Positions 25,601-38,394 are shown, counted from the first letter of the stretch. The stretch: DNA of 64,000 bases from Hydrolagus affinis (GCA_012026655.1 JAAILG010000029.1:62001-126000), one strand, 5' to 3'. Numbers and translations: made by a program. The notes: generated from the sequence alone by a model not told the origin.

Positions 25601-26321
25601 TCAGTCCGAGCTCACTATTGCACAGTAAGTGTCTTCTTCTGCTGCCTCTTGGGGAGTGGTGTGGGGGCGGGTTGGGCATCCGGTGGTAGATGGATCTCTG
25701 TGTCATCTTCTCCAGGGTTGGCTCTGCTGGCCACTCTTACCACATGTACAAGAGTTCTCTTGCCCCACCCAACTCAAGTCATTAATCACACTCTATTTCC
25801 AGGGCCCTAATGAGATGCAAAAAGGAAAGCTTCATAAAGTATGTACAATTGATTAGATTCAACTACACACAAAGACCTTTTTTTTTTACAGCTCTGTTTT
25901 TTAAAATTAATTTTTAAATAACCCTGCAGCAAATTGTGTATTTTTTGCATCTCTGTGGCCGCTAACAATTATATATGAATAAATATCGCAGTTATTTAAA
26001 CATGTTCTGACTATTGTGCTTTTTTTTGACATTTGCGGCCAGCCATCACCGTGAGAAGCAAAGTCTCTCTCACTCTCTACACATAATGGGTCCCTAATTG
26101 CTTTGCCTCATTAGACTATGTTCCTCCTGATTCTCTGGCTACTTCTTTGCTCTGGGTTATCAACCTTCTGCAGAACCCCATCATTTGTGATTTTTCCAAA
26201 TAAAATAGGTTGGTGCGGGGAGAATCGAACGATAACGTGACCTTACGTTCAGCTGATCTTGTTGGTAACAATTCTCTAGTTATTCGCAGTTTGTGCAGTG
26301 TTCTGTCCTCGTGCTTTGAAT

Positions 26322-26440
26322 ATAATAATAATAATAACCCTTGCATTTGATATAGCACCTTGTCACATCTTCGAGACATCTCAAAATGCTTCACAGAATA
26401 TATGAAGTGAATTGACTGTATATTTTGTGGGTGAAACGGC
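26322..26440 (-). mobile_element. SINE 3' fragment
   Basis: (ata)n-cccttgcatttgatatagcacc...cgagacatctcaaaatgcttcacagaatata. Confidence 0.8.
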
Positions 26441-26644
26441 TTTGAAGATAAATGGCTATATCAAATCAGTTACGCATGCGTGCTTTTCCACTTCTAAAGC
26501 ATTATGAGTATTTTTTTGAAAACATCCCTTGCTTCTGGGATTTCTGTTATGATATGACGGTCTCTTTGGAGATTAGTGCGGGTTTTGTAAATCCTGTAAG
26601 ATGACAAGCTTGTCTCAGATGGAGCAATGTGTTCTTTCTTGCAG

Positions 26645-27043
26645 CTGTAAAGTTTGGTCGAATGTCTAAGAAGCAGAGGGACAGTCTCTATGCAGAAGTA
26701 CAAAAGCATCGCATGCAACAGCAACAGCGGGATCACCAGCAACAACCTGGTGAGGCGGAACCACTGACACCAACGTACAATGGTATCACCAACGGGCTGA
26801 CAGAACTGAACAATGACCTTAGCAATCTGTACATGGATGGGCACACACCGGATGTGGGCAAAGCAGACTCAGGAATGAACAACTTCTATTTGGACATTCA
26901 GCCATCGCCAGACCAATCTGGCCTAGATATCAATGGTATTAAACAGGAACCCATATGTGAATACACGGCTGTGCCAGATTTCTTTCCTTATTGCTCCTTT
27001 ACAAACGGTGAAACATCTCCGACTGTTTCCATGGCAGAACTCG
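26645..27043 (+). CDS. RORA: RORA coding exon, C-terminal extension and hinge ([22 protein letters not shown]...SPTVSMAEL)
   Basis: ttctttcttgcag| ... CTCG|gtaagt; 399 nt. The hinge [27 protein letters not shown] and [14 protein letters not shown] points to ROR-alpha rather than beta or gamma. Confidence 0.97.
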
Positions 27044-28734
27044 GTAAGTTGCTCTTCTGGTGTACAGGAATGTATTCATAGCACTGAGAAAGATGCACTA
27101 TAACAAATAGACAATGCAGTGAGTTGGTTTTGGAAAATGCACATGTCCCAGATCTGGATCAGGACCAGAACCTAATGATTTGTGCCATTGTATATTTTGC
27201 CAAAAACTGAACCATTAATTGTACTTCCTCATGCCATCGCAGGTGGAGACTCCTGACTCTTCAAATGAACTAGATCAAAAAATAATATTGAATAGTTGGA
27301 CGTGGAAGAGACTTTAGAAACCTCCCTCTTCTCCCCCCCCATTCCCTCCCCAGAAAAGACATAACCATGCACAAACCGTCTCCCAGAATCTATTTTGAGT
27401 GCATCTCATTGACCGGTTTATCAGGGATTTAACCAGACAACCTGAATGAAAAATAAATCATAAAATGTCTTTTATTTTAATCATCTCAGTTGCAGCTGCC
27501 ATCTGCTGGCAGCCTCCTCCCCTTGCCTTCCCTCGCCCGAACAGACTGTTGACCCACTGCCGTACGAGCAAAAGGTTAGCAAAAAGCAGCAAATAGCCCT
27601 GCTGTGAAATTTGGTGCCCTTTGGTTAAACAAACAGCAGACCTTTGTAAATATGATTCTTGTACAAATGTGGACTGAGATTTCGGCTTTGTGAATTCTCT
27701 TCACGTGCGATTTTTAAAAAAAAAATAGACTTTTTGATGGTGTTTTTGAATCTTGGTTTGGCATTTTATAGCAATAATCTTTGCGTTTGAAACGGCACTT
27801 TATCGCATCATTGAGACATCTCAAAGTGTTTCCCGCAGTATACTTAAGTAATTGACTTCACAATGTGTTGGTAATTTTGTCACTTTAAAAAAAATGCTAC
27901 CTTTGGAGTGGTGTATTATGTGGATTGCTTCAAATTTGTTTCTGGTCCTTTATATTTTTATGTTTCTATCACAATCCAGACATGGGCATTACCTCCTTTC
28001 ACACTCACCAAGATTTGCACAACACGAACAAGATATCCTCACAAAAAAAGGCTCTTCCTCTATCTGGCCCTTCACTGTTCCCAAGTCAATTCTGACCTCT
28101 CCTAAATGCCCATACTGTAAACAGGGGCCCTTGGGTGGTATGATGATCAGTTAGGAGAAATTTTGAGAGCTTCTTTGTCATTTATAATAATAATAACCCT
28201 TACAATTGATTATAGCGCTTTTCACATCTTCTGTTTATAATCAGTTGTCAAATTAAACGAAGTGAATTCAACAAGAAAATCCATCTAATGATGGCCATTT
28301 GTAGTTTTCAGTTCAGGGTCACTGCCCAGATAACTCATGTTTATGACTAAGTTGAGCATTCCCAATAGAAAATTCTCTACAGTGTTATTTGAATATAAAT
28401 TCTGATTTTACAGCTTGTTTAAAGCATTACTGAGCCCTCCTCCTGGTGCTAAGCACTTTTGATTACACTCTTTCTGTGCCAAGTTTTTTTTTGCTGCTTT
28501 CTATTTAAATGTCATGGACTGTTGAAATTATTTTGAAAGCTCATAAGACAAACTAGTTTGTCTTTCACCCTCCCCCTCTTTCTCTTCCCTTCTCTTTCTC
28601 TCCTTCTATCACATGGACTCGCAAGAGGATTAAGGACACTTGTTTACCACTATTAAATTGTCCATCCCTTTGTGTCTTGACTTTTGTTGTGACTTTATCT
28701 ATTTGCTCTTAATTACTGAGTATTTGTCCTCTAG

Positions 28735-28856
28735 AACACCTTGCACAGAATATTTCGAAGTCGCACATCGAGACATGTCAATACTTGCGGGAAGAACTAC
28801 AGCAGATAACATGGCAAACCTACGTTCAAGAAGAAATTGAAATCTACCAAAATAAG
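28735..28856 (+). CDS. RORA: RORA coding exon, start of LBD ([41 protein letters not shown])
   Basis: gtcctctag| ... AAG|gtagtg; 122 nt, the size and position of the exon lost in the mouse staggerer allele (recalled). Confidence 0.96.
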
Positions 28857-28971
28857 GTAGTGGGTTGGGGGAAGAAATGTATTTTTTGTTCAAAATCTAA
28901 ATGTGTTTCATTAACAAAACATTATTTTCTGAATCAAATCTCCAATTTAACATCATAATCCTCTTGTACAG

Positions 28972-29104
28972 CCCAGGGAGGTGATGTGGCAGTTGTGTGC
29001 AATCAAAATAACAGAAGCAATTCAGTATGTGGTTGAGTTTGCCAAGCGCATTGACGGATTCATGGAACTGTGTCAAAATGATCAGATTGTACTTCTGAAA
29101 GCAG
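28972..29104 (+). CDS. RORA: RORA coding exon, LBD helices 3-4 ([44 protein letters not shown])
   Basis: ctcttgtacag| ... GCAG|gtatca; 133 nt; nuclear receptor LBD signature; preceded by a 115-nt intron. Confidence 0.97.
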
Positions 29105-32100
29105 GTATCAAATCCTTTCCAGTTACTTTTGTGTTTCTTAGAAAGCCGCTGCATATAGTGCGCAGGGCCAACCATTGCAAGAGGCTTTTTTTTGATCTGG
29201 AATGTTAATATTTGAAACACATGGCATGCAAATGGAAACAGAATAACTACTGGGAATTTTGAAAAGTGAACTGTGGTAGCATATCAGCAGCATTGTTAAT
29301 TTACGTGCAGGATCCTGAACACACATGGTAGGCATTGTGCGGGATATTGTTGACAGCCAGTACTTTGTGTTTCTAAACCCACTCCACATTGGAATTAGTG
29401 AATCCAGTCTGATCCCGTTTCATCACCTCCTGTAAAGCTTTCCAAATGCTGCACCACATGACCGCTGTGAAGCTCCAAGCGATAAGTGAACGTACTCGTG
29501 TATACTGCAAAGCCAACAGCTGTGGCATTAGATACCCAAACACTTGCTAGTGAGTAAATCATGGCCCTTGCATTTTTGCAATGGCCGATTTCTACGTCAA
29601 ATGTTTTTTTTTACCTAGTTTCGTATTTTCCTCCTTTTTAAAAAAAACAAAAAGTCTGTCTGTGGCCAAACGACATGCTTCCAGGCACTTGTCAGTTGCC
29701 ATGTACAGATTGATGTGTCCATTGCTTGTTTTTTATTTCTATTCCCAGTTTCCATTCTTGTGATTTCTCTCTAACAGCCCAGGTCAGAAGCTTGACTCGT
29801 GGGGAATCGCAGGCACGTACCCATGTCATGCTCCTCTATGGCCCAGCACATTTGTACAACAACCCACTACAGCACAGGTCTTTAGCAGAATTCTGTCACC
29901 ATCCATTCTGACATTTAAACAGAAAGCCCCAAAATCTGTACAAGTAGCACATTCCCATCCAGTTGATTTCTGCTGCAGACAGCAACAGGACTGAATGTTC
30001 TGCAGCTTTGGTTGAGGCTATCAGGATTATTGGTAGGAAGGAACATTGGCAACTATGATTAGAAATAAGCCAATGAGGTATTTTTTCTGATTGTACAAGG
30101 TGTACAATTTTAAAATTATTATGCTACTAGATTAATGGATAAATCGTAAGGTCTTGCAAATTATCCACAAGTTGTGGCTGACCGTAAGAATTGCGCAGGA
30201 CATGAAAAAGACCCATTGGTTTGATCTGTGATATAGACTCTTTACACCGGCTATTTTAATGGGAATCTATTTGATTCATCGCATGATAATTCACTCATAC
30301 GTTAACTGCCCCAAGTGGAGAATCAGAAGTCATTGATCCTATCATTAAATTTAGTTCCTGGCTCCATCAGCTTTAAATTGTGCCTCTTAGTCATTTCTTT
30401 TTGACAATAACACATAATTCTTGTTTAATCCGTCCCTTCATCATGACCCTTCATTATTTACAAACGTAGCAATTACCTTCAGAAGGTTTAGCCTCACGAG
30501 AGTATATTATGTCTCTGGCTCAGTGAAATAAAACCCTAGTGCCACCTTCACCATTTTTCCTGTCCCTAACACTATTTAATTTTGATGGCACTGATTTATG
30601 TGCCTCCCTCATTGACTTGGGTTTATATTCTATGGATCTATATACCCAGATATTGAATTTTCTGAAGTCACCCCCTACCTTAGACAGCAAGATGATTTAG
30701 TTTACAAAGTTGAGATTGCACAGAATCATGGAAAATTATTAAACTCAGCCCTAATGTACATCTGGTCATTTTTAATAATAGCAGAAAAAAAGGTTCCTAA
30801 TTTAGACTACATTTGAGAATTGTTGACAATTCAGTGCAATCCTACATTTTAAGACAAATGGCCTTTTTTCATTTTGAACTACATCGATAAATTCAGTAAT
30901 TAAAAAAAAATGTTGTGGTAACCCTGCTGAGTTAGCTACATACTTAAACTGACCGCAGAAGTCATAATCTTTCCTGTTCGCCTGCCATTTACCATCCCTT
31001 TGAGATCCTACAGTTACTCAGAGAAATTGTAAGTGTCTGAAATGATTTAATAGACATGCAAACATAGTCCTACAATTGCCAGTTTTGACTCACAGGATTC
31101 TCCCCCAACAGAGCTGTGTACATGTTCAGCTTCACTATTAGTTAGTGATGACAGACAGGTTCAAAAATCCGCTCAAGTAATATTAGCTGTTCATTAAATT
31201 AGATTACCTCTAGCCTGTGGTTATTGGATGGGGTCTCTTCAAAAATGGATGTACGGCTCCTTATATCCCTTCCATGGAAGGAATACTATGGCTTCTGTGA
31301 CTGCAGTTTGTTGAGGCGAGCAGAATTGTCTGACCCTCAAATAGTCCTGTATAGACAGATCTTCAGCAGCTCAGACCTGCAACAATTGCAACTCCTGGCA
31401 CAATATTTTAGTGACCACATTATTTAATGACTCACCATTGCTTTCATTGTCTGAGTTCATTTAATGGAGAATTAAGATGATTATTAAAGGCAGCGAGCGG
31501 GTGGGTGGGCTTAGATTAGATGTATAATAGGAGGCTCAGCGTGTGGCAGTGCCAATTGTGGTAGCATATGATGCTCTCCTCGTTGCTACCTCCTGTTATC
31601 ACAGAAGAATCAAAAATGGTAGTTGCATCAATGAGAATCTGATCATCTACATGGCAACTTGCAGAATCCCTGGAGCAGCAGAAACGTGTGATTTGCTGCT
31701 AGCTTGGGTTTAAGCATGATGCATGTGGGAAGTGGGTGGCGGTGGGTTGTTTGTAGAACTGAGCATCAATTCTGTCACATAATCAACTCCACCTTAAGTT
31801 TAATCTGTTCAGTTTATAGGAAGAATTTAAGGAAGAGAAGTTACCATAGTTTTCTTTCGGTCTATTGTCATCCAGTCTTGTATGCTGTCAGACTAATTCA
31901 TCCAGTGCTATCAATAAGCACCCATTCATTCATTTCAGCGAGTTAACGACTCAACAAACAATAGTCTGTGAAGAAAAGGAATACTAAAATTATTCAGAAT
32001 TCATTTTCATATATGTATTTTCCGTTAGGAGAGACATTAATAGGAGTTTTACAAAGCATTACCAGGCTTGTCATTTTTAAATTCAGAGTACACCTTAAAT

Positions 32101-32947
32101 CACTCACACCCTTGCCATTCAGGGATATTGCTTAACAAGTGAAAATTATATGTGGCAACTGAAAAATAGTTTTGCTCTTTGTTGAAATGGGGGCATTTTG
32201 AGTTTCTGATTCCAGAAGTATTTGCTGAGGAAAATTATTGCTTTCCGTGAGAGCAACTATCCCAATTCAAAGACATTTCACTTTAAATAATCAAACAATC
32301 AAATTATTGAAGTGAATTTCAGAACTGGTTAAGTTTGAAATCTACTTGATGTATCTTTGTTTTCTTATTTTATTTCACCGTCACTTTTGTACCCTTCCCA
32401 TTCTTGCAATGACATTTAGTGCAGTTCTGTGTGTGTGTTTTGGTGGGGGTGGTCTTAGTAAGTTATCGCTATTGGCAGCAATGTCACTGCTTACTGTTCA
32501 ATTATTGGAGCCACTTTTTGCAGATACAGGGATCCTCTGCTTTTATTTAATCTTGCTCTTGTCTCCCTTCACTGTGTCCTATAAATAGACTTTCAGGCAA
32601 ATCAAGACAACTGTCTTGACCCAGTCAGCAATTGATAAAATTCTTCACAAGTCTGGCTGTCAGTTTGAAATGTCAGGTTGCCTGGAATTTACAATCATCC
32701 TCCCCAGACTTGTGACACAAGCGTCTGAAAGCCCCATGCTACAGTGTGAACTATTATTTATCTAGATCCAATCATGCTCTGCTTGTCTGATATAGTGGGC
32801 ATGTAACACTGAACATTAATCTTTACTACTGCCCTTGCACCAGCTGTTTTTATCTATATTAATTGTTAAACTTAGATCCAAGCTGTTTTCTGCTTATACA
32901 GGTGTGTCATTAAAGCCAACTCTGAACAGTGACTCTTTCTCATCTAG

Positions 32948-33055
32948 GTTCTTTGGAAGTTGTGTTTGTCAGAATGTGTCGTGCCTTTGACCCACAGAAC
33001 AGTACTGTGTATTTTGATGGAAAGTATGCCGGTCCAGATGTTTTCAAATCATTAG
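32948..33055 (+). CDS. RORA: RORA coding exon, LBD ([36 protein letters not shown])
   Basis: ctttctcatctag| ... TTAG|gtaaag; 108 nt; phase 1-1; translated manually. Confidence 0.96.
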   Translation, partial: VLWKLCLSECVVPLTHRTVLCILMESMPVQMFSNH

Positions 33056-34097
33056 GTAAAGTAACACCATTTCTCATTCTGCGTTCATGAAATATTAAAG
33101 GTGGTTTCAGACTTGTGTTGTAGTCTGATTCCTTTAGGAAAGAGTAGGTCCAGTTGCCACAAGCTTTGCTATGGATTTGCTGCTGTAATTTGGGGGAGTG
33201 GTTTTAATAAGAGAGATAAGGAAAATCAAACATGAACTGAAGACAATTCATAAATGACGCCAGTGGGAGATCCAACTGAGATCTCTTTTGATTTTCAACT
33301 CAATTCACTGCTCTCAGGAGGTCACGATAGAGACAGAGGGAGACGATGAACTCTTTTCTCAGACTGTTTTGTGGAGTAAAGTGAAAAATGCATGTCGCTG
33401 CTTTAGATACACCTCCCATGAGCACACAGCGTAAAACTGACCCAGAGTTCACAAAGGAAAACACCATTATAAAACTATTAAACTTGGATAGCAACTTGCT
33501 ATCTCGAGTTTGTATGGAGAAAGTTCAACTGTTCGAAGACCCCTCATCCTTAACTGGTCTAGTTAATTAGAAAACTGATTGAAATGGAGGAATATACAAT
33601 TGTTTGCATGTATCCAACCAACAAAGCAAATTTGGTATCTTGTGTCAGTCGGTACTCTGGGTGTGAGAGCAGTGTTTTCTGTTTAATTATATATTTTGAG
33701 TTATACAGTGATATCTATTAGACAAGATTTGTAGGCTGATTTGGCAGAAACGCATGCACAAGTGTGAAAGTAATTGTTCTGTTACATTCAAGATAAGATA
33801 GTTTCTCGGGTATTTGAAATATCATGAAGAAAAATGCTTAATAAATGATGGTGTGGTTTCCAAGAAGGCATTCTCACCATCCATCAGCCTCTAGATTGCT
33901 GAACATTATGAAATAAGATCTATAAAAAACGCAAAATAAATTCTTCCTTTTTTCAATGAAGTGAAGGCTTGATTTGTGTTAATACTCAAGCATTTGTACG
34001 TACACCTGCAAATTTATCCCGGGACGAGTTGGTTTTGGATGGGTGATGTAGTTTGCCTGTCATTTTCACGTTGCTGTTTATTCCCTCTTCCTGGCAG

Positions 34098-34208
34098 GTT
34101 GTGATGACTTGATCAGCTCCATTTTTGAATTTGGTAAAAGCTCGTGTTCATTGCACCTTGGGGAGGATGAGATTGCCTTGTTTTCGGCATATGTGCTGAT
34201 CTCCGCAG
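34098..34208 (+). CDS. RORA: RORA coding exon, LBD ([37 protein letters not shown])
   Basis: ctcttcctggcag| ... GCAG|gtgagt; 111 nt; phase 1-1. Confidence 0.96.
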
Positions 34209-35587
34209 GTGAGTGCCTCACTGAACAATTTCTCTTCCGTGTCTTTTTATTGATCTGTTGCCTCTTCTCATAGTTTACCTTCTGAAAAAAAACGCTTCCT
34301 TTTATTTCCCGTGTGACACACAGAGACTCATAGCCAAAAACCCATGGCTACTTGCACCCTGTTTCCACTAGTCACAAGTAGATGTGTAAGGAAGCCTTTG
34401 ATGTTCTGTCCTGTGAGGATGCATTCACCTTCCATCCGAGACACCTTCTGACCAAACACCTGAGGTGGTAACCTGGCATGCGGGGCTTGGACCACCCACA
34501 CCTCTTAGCCCTTTTTAAGTTTCCTATATTTGCAGTAATCGATTAGCCCACCCACGGTATTCACTCTGGATTAAAAGGTTTTTGGGGGCTGTTTTCAAGT
34601 TCCTCGTGCGTCACTTCGACAGTGAAGTAATAGGGGCACAGCGTGGCATAGATGATACAGAGAACATAAAGAGATTTAAAGTCAATTGGCCTGGAAACAC
34701 ACAGTTACCAGCAGCGCTACCAAATGATTCAGAGCCCTAAAGCCCCCAAATAATGATGTGCAGGTTAAGTCTTGGCTCTGCTGAGCTACAGCTGTGAAGA
34801 AGTCAAGAGTTTCCATAGGTTTCCGTTACCTTTGGAATACACTGGATTTCTGCCCCTCTCTTCGTCTCTTGGAGCGGTGAATGGAGCAGGATATCGCCCC
34901 GATATCATGTCATTGTCCTCCGAGAAGCATTCAGAATGAATTACTTTTCAATAAAAGTCTCAGCAGGATCCATCCGTCACTGTTTGCAGTGACAGATATT
35001 GCTGTTCTGTTTGATTGCGTAGCTCATTCAGAGGGGGCAGCTCACATTTATATCTGCCTAATGGGACAAGACAATGATCATAAAGTGTAAAGTGTCAGAA
35101 CATCTCGGCTGAGAAATTCCTCTTGCCACGAAGAGCAGCGAGCTTGACGATCCGCACCTATAATGGGAAGATCCATTATGTCAGTGTCAAAGAGTGACAG
35201 TAGTTAGGAAAATGACAAAAAATGTGACCTTGTCTCATACTAATGAATAAGGACACGTTGAAGGGAGGATGAGACAGTCAGAGAACTGACTGTTTATAAT
35301 TCACCGGATTGACACTAGTCTGAGCGGAGGATCTGTAAATGAAAGACTCACTATTCCACTGGAACATTCGCTTGTGACTTTGGAGATGGAAGTTTAATTT
35401 GCAATGTCTCAGTCTAATTTGTTATCTCTTCCAGAGTAGGGACAATGTATGGTTCAGAAAATTTAAATTGATGTTGGTACTGTGCTTGTCTCAGGAACAA
35501 TCTGTCCCCGTACAGAGCAGCCAAAACCCATGTATGAATCCCCACGGGAAGCTCTTAATGCTTCTTGTAATCAAATTCTCTTCCTAG

Positions 35588-35700
35588 ATCGGCTGTGGCT
35601 TCAGGAGAAAGTGAAAGTTGAGAAACTCCAACAGAAAATCCAGCTGACACTTCAACACGTTCTGCAAAAAAATCACAGAGAGGATGGGATCCTGACAAAG
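35588..35700 (+). CDS. RORA: RORA coding exon, LBD ([38 protein letters not shown])
   Basis: ttctcttcctag| ... AAG|gtaacc; 113 nt. Confidence 0.96.
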
Positions 35701-35784
35701 GTAACCCAACAGACATCAATCCATCTTTCACTTTTCGAATCACTGGGGTGGTCTGTAACTTAAGGCTAAAACCTGGGCATGGGG

Positions 35785-36175
35785 AGGTTGGTGTACTTGC
35801 CTCTGACTCAGATGATTGTGGATTCACTTTAGATCACAATCTAGGTGGACGCTCCCCTGCAGCACCAGGGGAATTCTCCACGATAGGAGGTGACAGTCTT
35901 CAGATGAGATATTAAAAAAATGCGGTTATGCCTGTCTGTTCTTCAGAGGGACACTGAAAATCCTGTGACATTGTTTGAATAGAAAAGGGAGTTTCTTCCA
36001 ATGCCATGGTCAACAATCCTCCAGAATAATTAGTACTTCACCCTGTGGTTATTTGCAGGCTGTTTTGATGCAAATGACAGCAGCATTCGCTTTTTCAAAA
36101 GAAAGCCATCTTACATGACAGTAATAACCTGTGAACCACTTTGAAGCATTTTAATGTGATAAGATGCTGTGAATC
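35785..36175 (+). mobile_element. Older DeuSINE, near full length and highly diverged
   Basis: cttgcctctgactcaga ... gtcttcagatgagatattaaa ... gaaaatcctgtgacattgtttgaa ... gtgataagatgctgt; same domain order as 4600-4830 plus a tail. Confidence 0.55.
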
Positions 36176-37127
36176 TTTGTGCTTCCTTCTTCCTTTCCTT
36201 CTCCTTATTTTGAAGACATGATCTGTTGTTCTTGAAGTTTGTATGTGATAAATGTGAATCCAAGTTACCCAAACCCTTTGTAAACTAAATATATCCATCA
36301 AATCCCCTTTTGTTGTCTCAATTCAAGAATGAAAGTTTAGGGTTGCCAACCCTCCACATTGTTGTACCCTCTAAATTCTGGATTTAATGTTGCACTCCCT
36401 CCCAACGCATGACCAAATAGACTGAAACAGAGAGTCTCCTGTATTTTAGGCTGTCCAAGTAAAAGTCCTGGGACAGTGAGGCAATAGTGAGACACTGCCC
36501 TGTCCCATAACTGTACCACAAACATCCTTCGCAATGACAGATTGTAATTGAAGATTTGATTAAATCAATGCAATGCCAATTTTTAGTAATGAAAAAGCAC
36601 CTTTTTTTCCCCCTTTTTTTGTTATCTCTATGCCTGTTCACCAGCTCATCATTGACACGTTGCCATTACTCTTCGGGGCTGACATAACCTTACAGTCTTC
36701 TAGGAAAACCCATCTCCCCGCAGAGGACACTTGTGCTTGTCAGCCAAAGCAGTTAATGTAAATTATTACCCTGCTATTAGTCTCCTACTGTTACAGGGAT
36801 GCATTGATTTCCCTTCACAATGATGAGTAGTGGAGTTCATTCCTCATGTTGGTAAACAGGATGAACTTCACCATTGAAGCTTCAGAGAAAATAAATGACT
36901 GCCTCTGTGAGCTGTCTCACTGAAATAAAATTGAAAGTAACGCTAGTATTCGGGTGTGCCAGATTGACGGTATGAAACATTGAAATTTCCGTAAGCATTC
37001 CATTATTAATCAAATTTCAATCTTATATGGTGATGTGACAAAAATGTTGCATTCAGTTGGCGTTGCAGGATACGGCTGGTGCGGGCATTCACCTTGCTTT
37101 CTGTTGACATGTTCAATAATATTGACA

Positions 37128-37275
37128 GATTAGATTAGAGTTTTCTTTTTAGATAGGAAATAACATTGTGGAATATAGTACATAGGCAGTTCGGGACATA
37201 TGTGCAGGCGATCGCCAGCAGGGTGGAAGGCGAACTAGATGGGCCTTGGACTTTTTTACGGCTAGCATCATTTAT
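37128..37275 (+). mobile_element. CR1-type LINE 3' end fragment
   Basis: ttagatagagttttc...ggcgaactagatgggccttggac. Confidence 0.5.
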
Positions 37276-38229
37276 TTTCTAATACATGCTATCATGTTAT
37301 CATGAGATTAACAGATTTTAATGTCCCAGTGTTGTCATTGGGTTTATCCAGTGAATTGCTAAAATGAGCTTTGATCCCTGGTCATGTGCTGAGTTATCTG
37401 ATTTCAAACCAGGCGGCAGTGCTCTGGGTTAGTAAAGGAGATAAATCAGGCAGGATTTTTGTCACTGAACAGTACCTAGAGCCATCTGCTGGAGGTATAT
37501 GTGCAGATTTTAACATCAACCCCTTCCCCCGGCCAAAACTTGAAACTGTACCCAGTAAATGAAAATAGAAGTTACATTTGTTCACAAGAGGATGGGAGAA
37601 AATTAGTTTGGAAAATAAACAAAGAAACAAACAAGTCCAGATATGTTAACCTCCCATTAATATCAGTATTTTAACAAAAAAGAATTCAGCAATGGCTTTT
37701 TGTGCGTTTTTTCAATACGGAACATTAAACATGAAACTGCAATAGTGTCATCTAGAGTCATAATGTGGAACTGCAGAAAGGAAAAAGTGGAGACTCAAAT
37801 GTGACCATTTCATACTCCTGTGACTGCAGTTTTGTATTCTGTTTTGTGTTCTGTTTTGTAGCAGCTATTGATGCTTTGACCTACTTTCTCCCCACCCCAC
37901 CACCTCCCTCATTTGCCTGTCACATTAGCTTACACTGTCACTACACTTTAGGGTGAATCCAGTGAAGCCCAATATGAAAGGCACTATATCATATGCAAGG
38001 AATTATGACTATATTTATCAGAGTAATTTCATATGGAGGTGGCAAACTGCAGTGTAAAAACAGAATTACTGAAATGTCTTTACTGCCATCTTGATAAACA
38101 CAATGATCACACTCTGCTGACTGAAGAAAGCGAATCTTGATTGAGAGCCTACTGAAGGTTCCATTTGCAGATGTGGGATGTACCTCAACACTACAGATGT
38201 TCTAAATTTATTTTTCTTTCCCTCTGCAG

Positions 38230-38394
38230 TTGTTATCTAAAGTGTCTACCTTACGAGCGCTATGTAATCGACACACTGAAAAGCTGACTTCGTTCAAAGC
38301 AATACACCCGGACATTGTACGGGCCCATTTCCCTCCGTTGTATAAGGAGCTGTTTAGCTCAGAGTTTGAGCAGACGATGGCTACAGAAGGGTAA
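38230..38394 (+). CDS. RORA: RORA last coding exon with AF-2 ([54 protein letters not shown])
   Basis: tttccctctgcag|; [10 protein letters not shown]-2 motif; TAA at 38392-38394. The nine exons total 1379 nt; with 1 nt from the missing upstream exon this is 460 codons. Confidence 0.97.
   Translation: MLSKVSTLRALCNRHTEKLTSFKAIHPDIVRAHFPPLYKELFSSEFEQTMATEG

Noticed and set aside
29105-29116. Donor gtatcaaatcct resembling a U12 5' splice site
   Set aside because: Lacks the GTATCCTT consensus; treated as a normal U2 intron.
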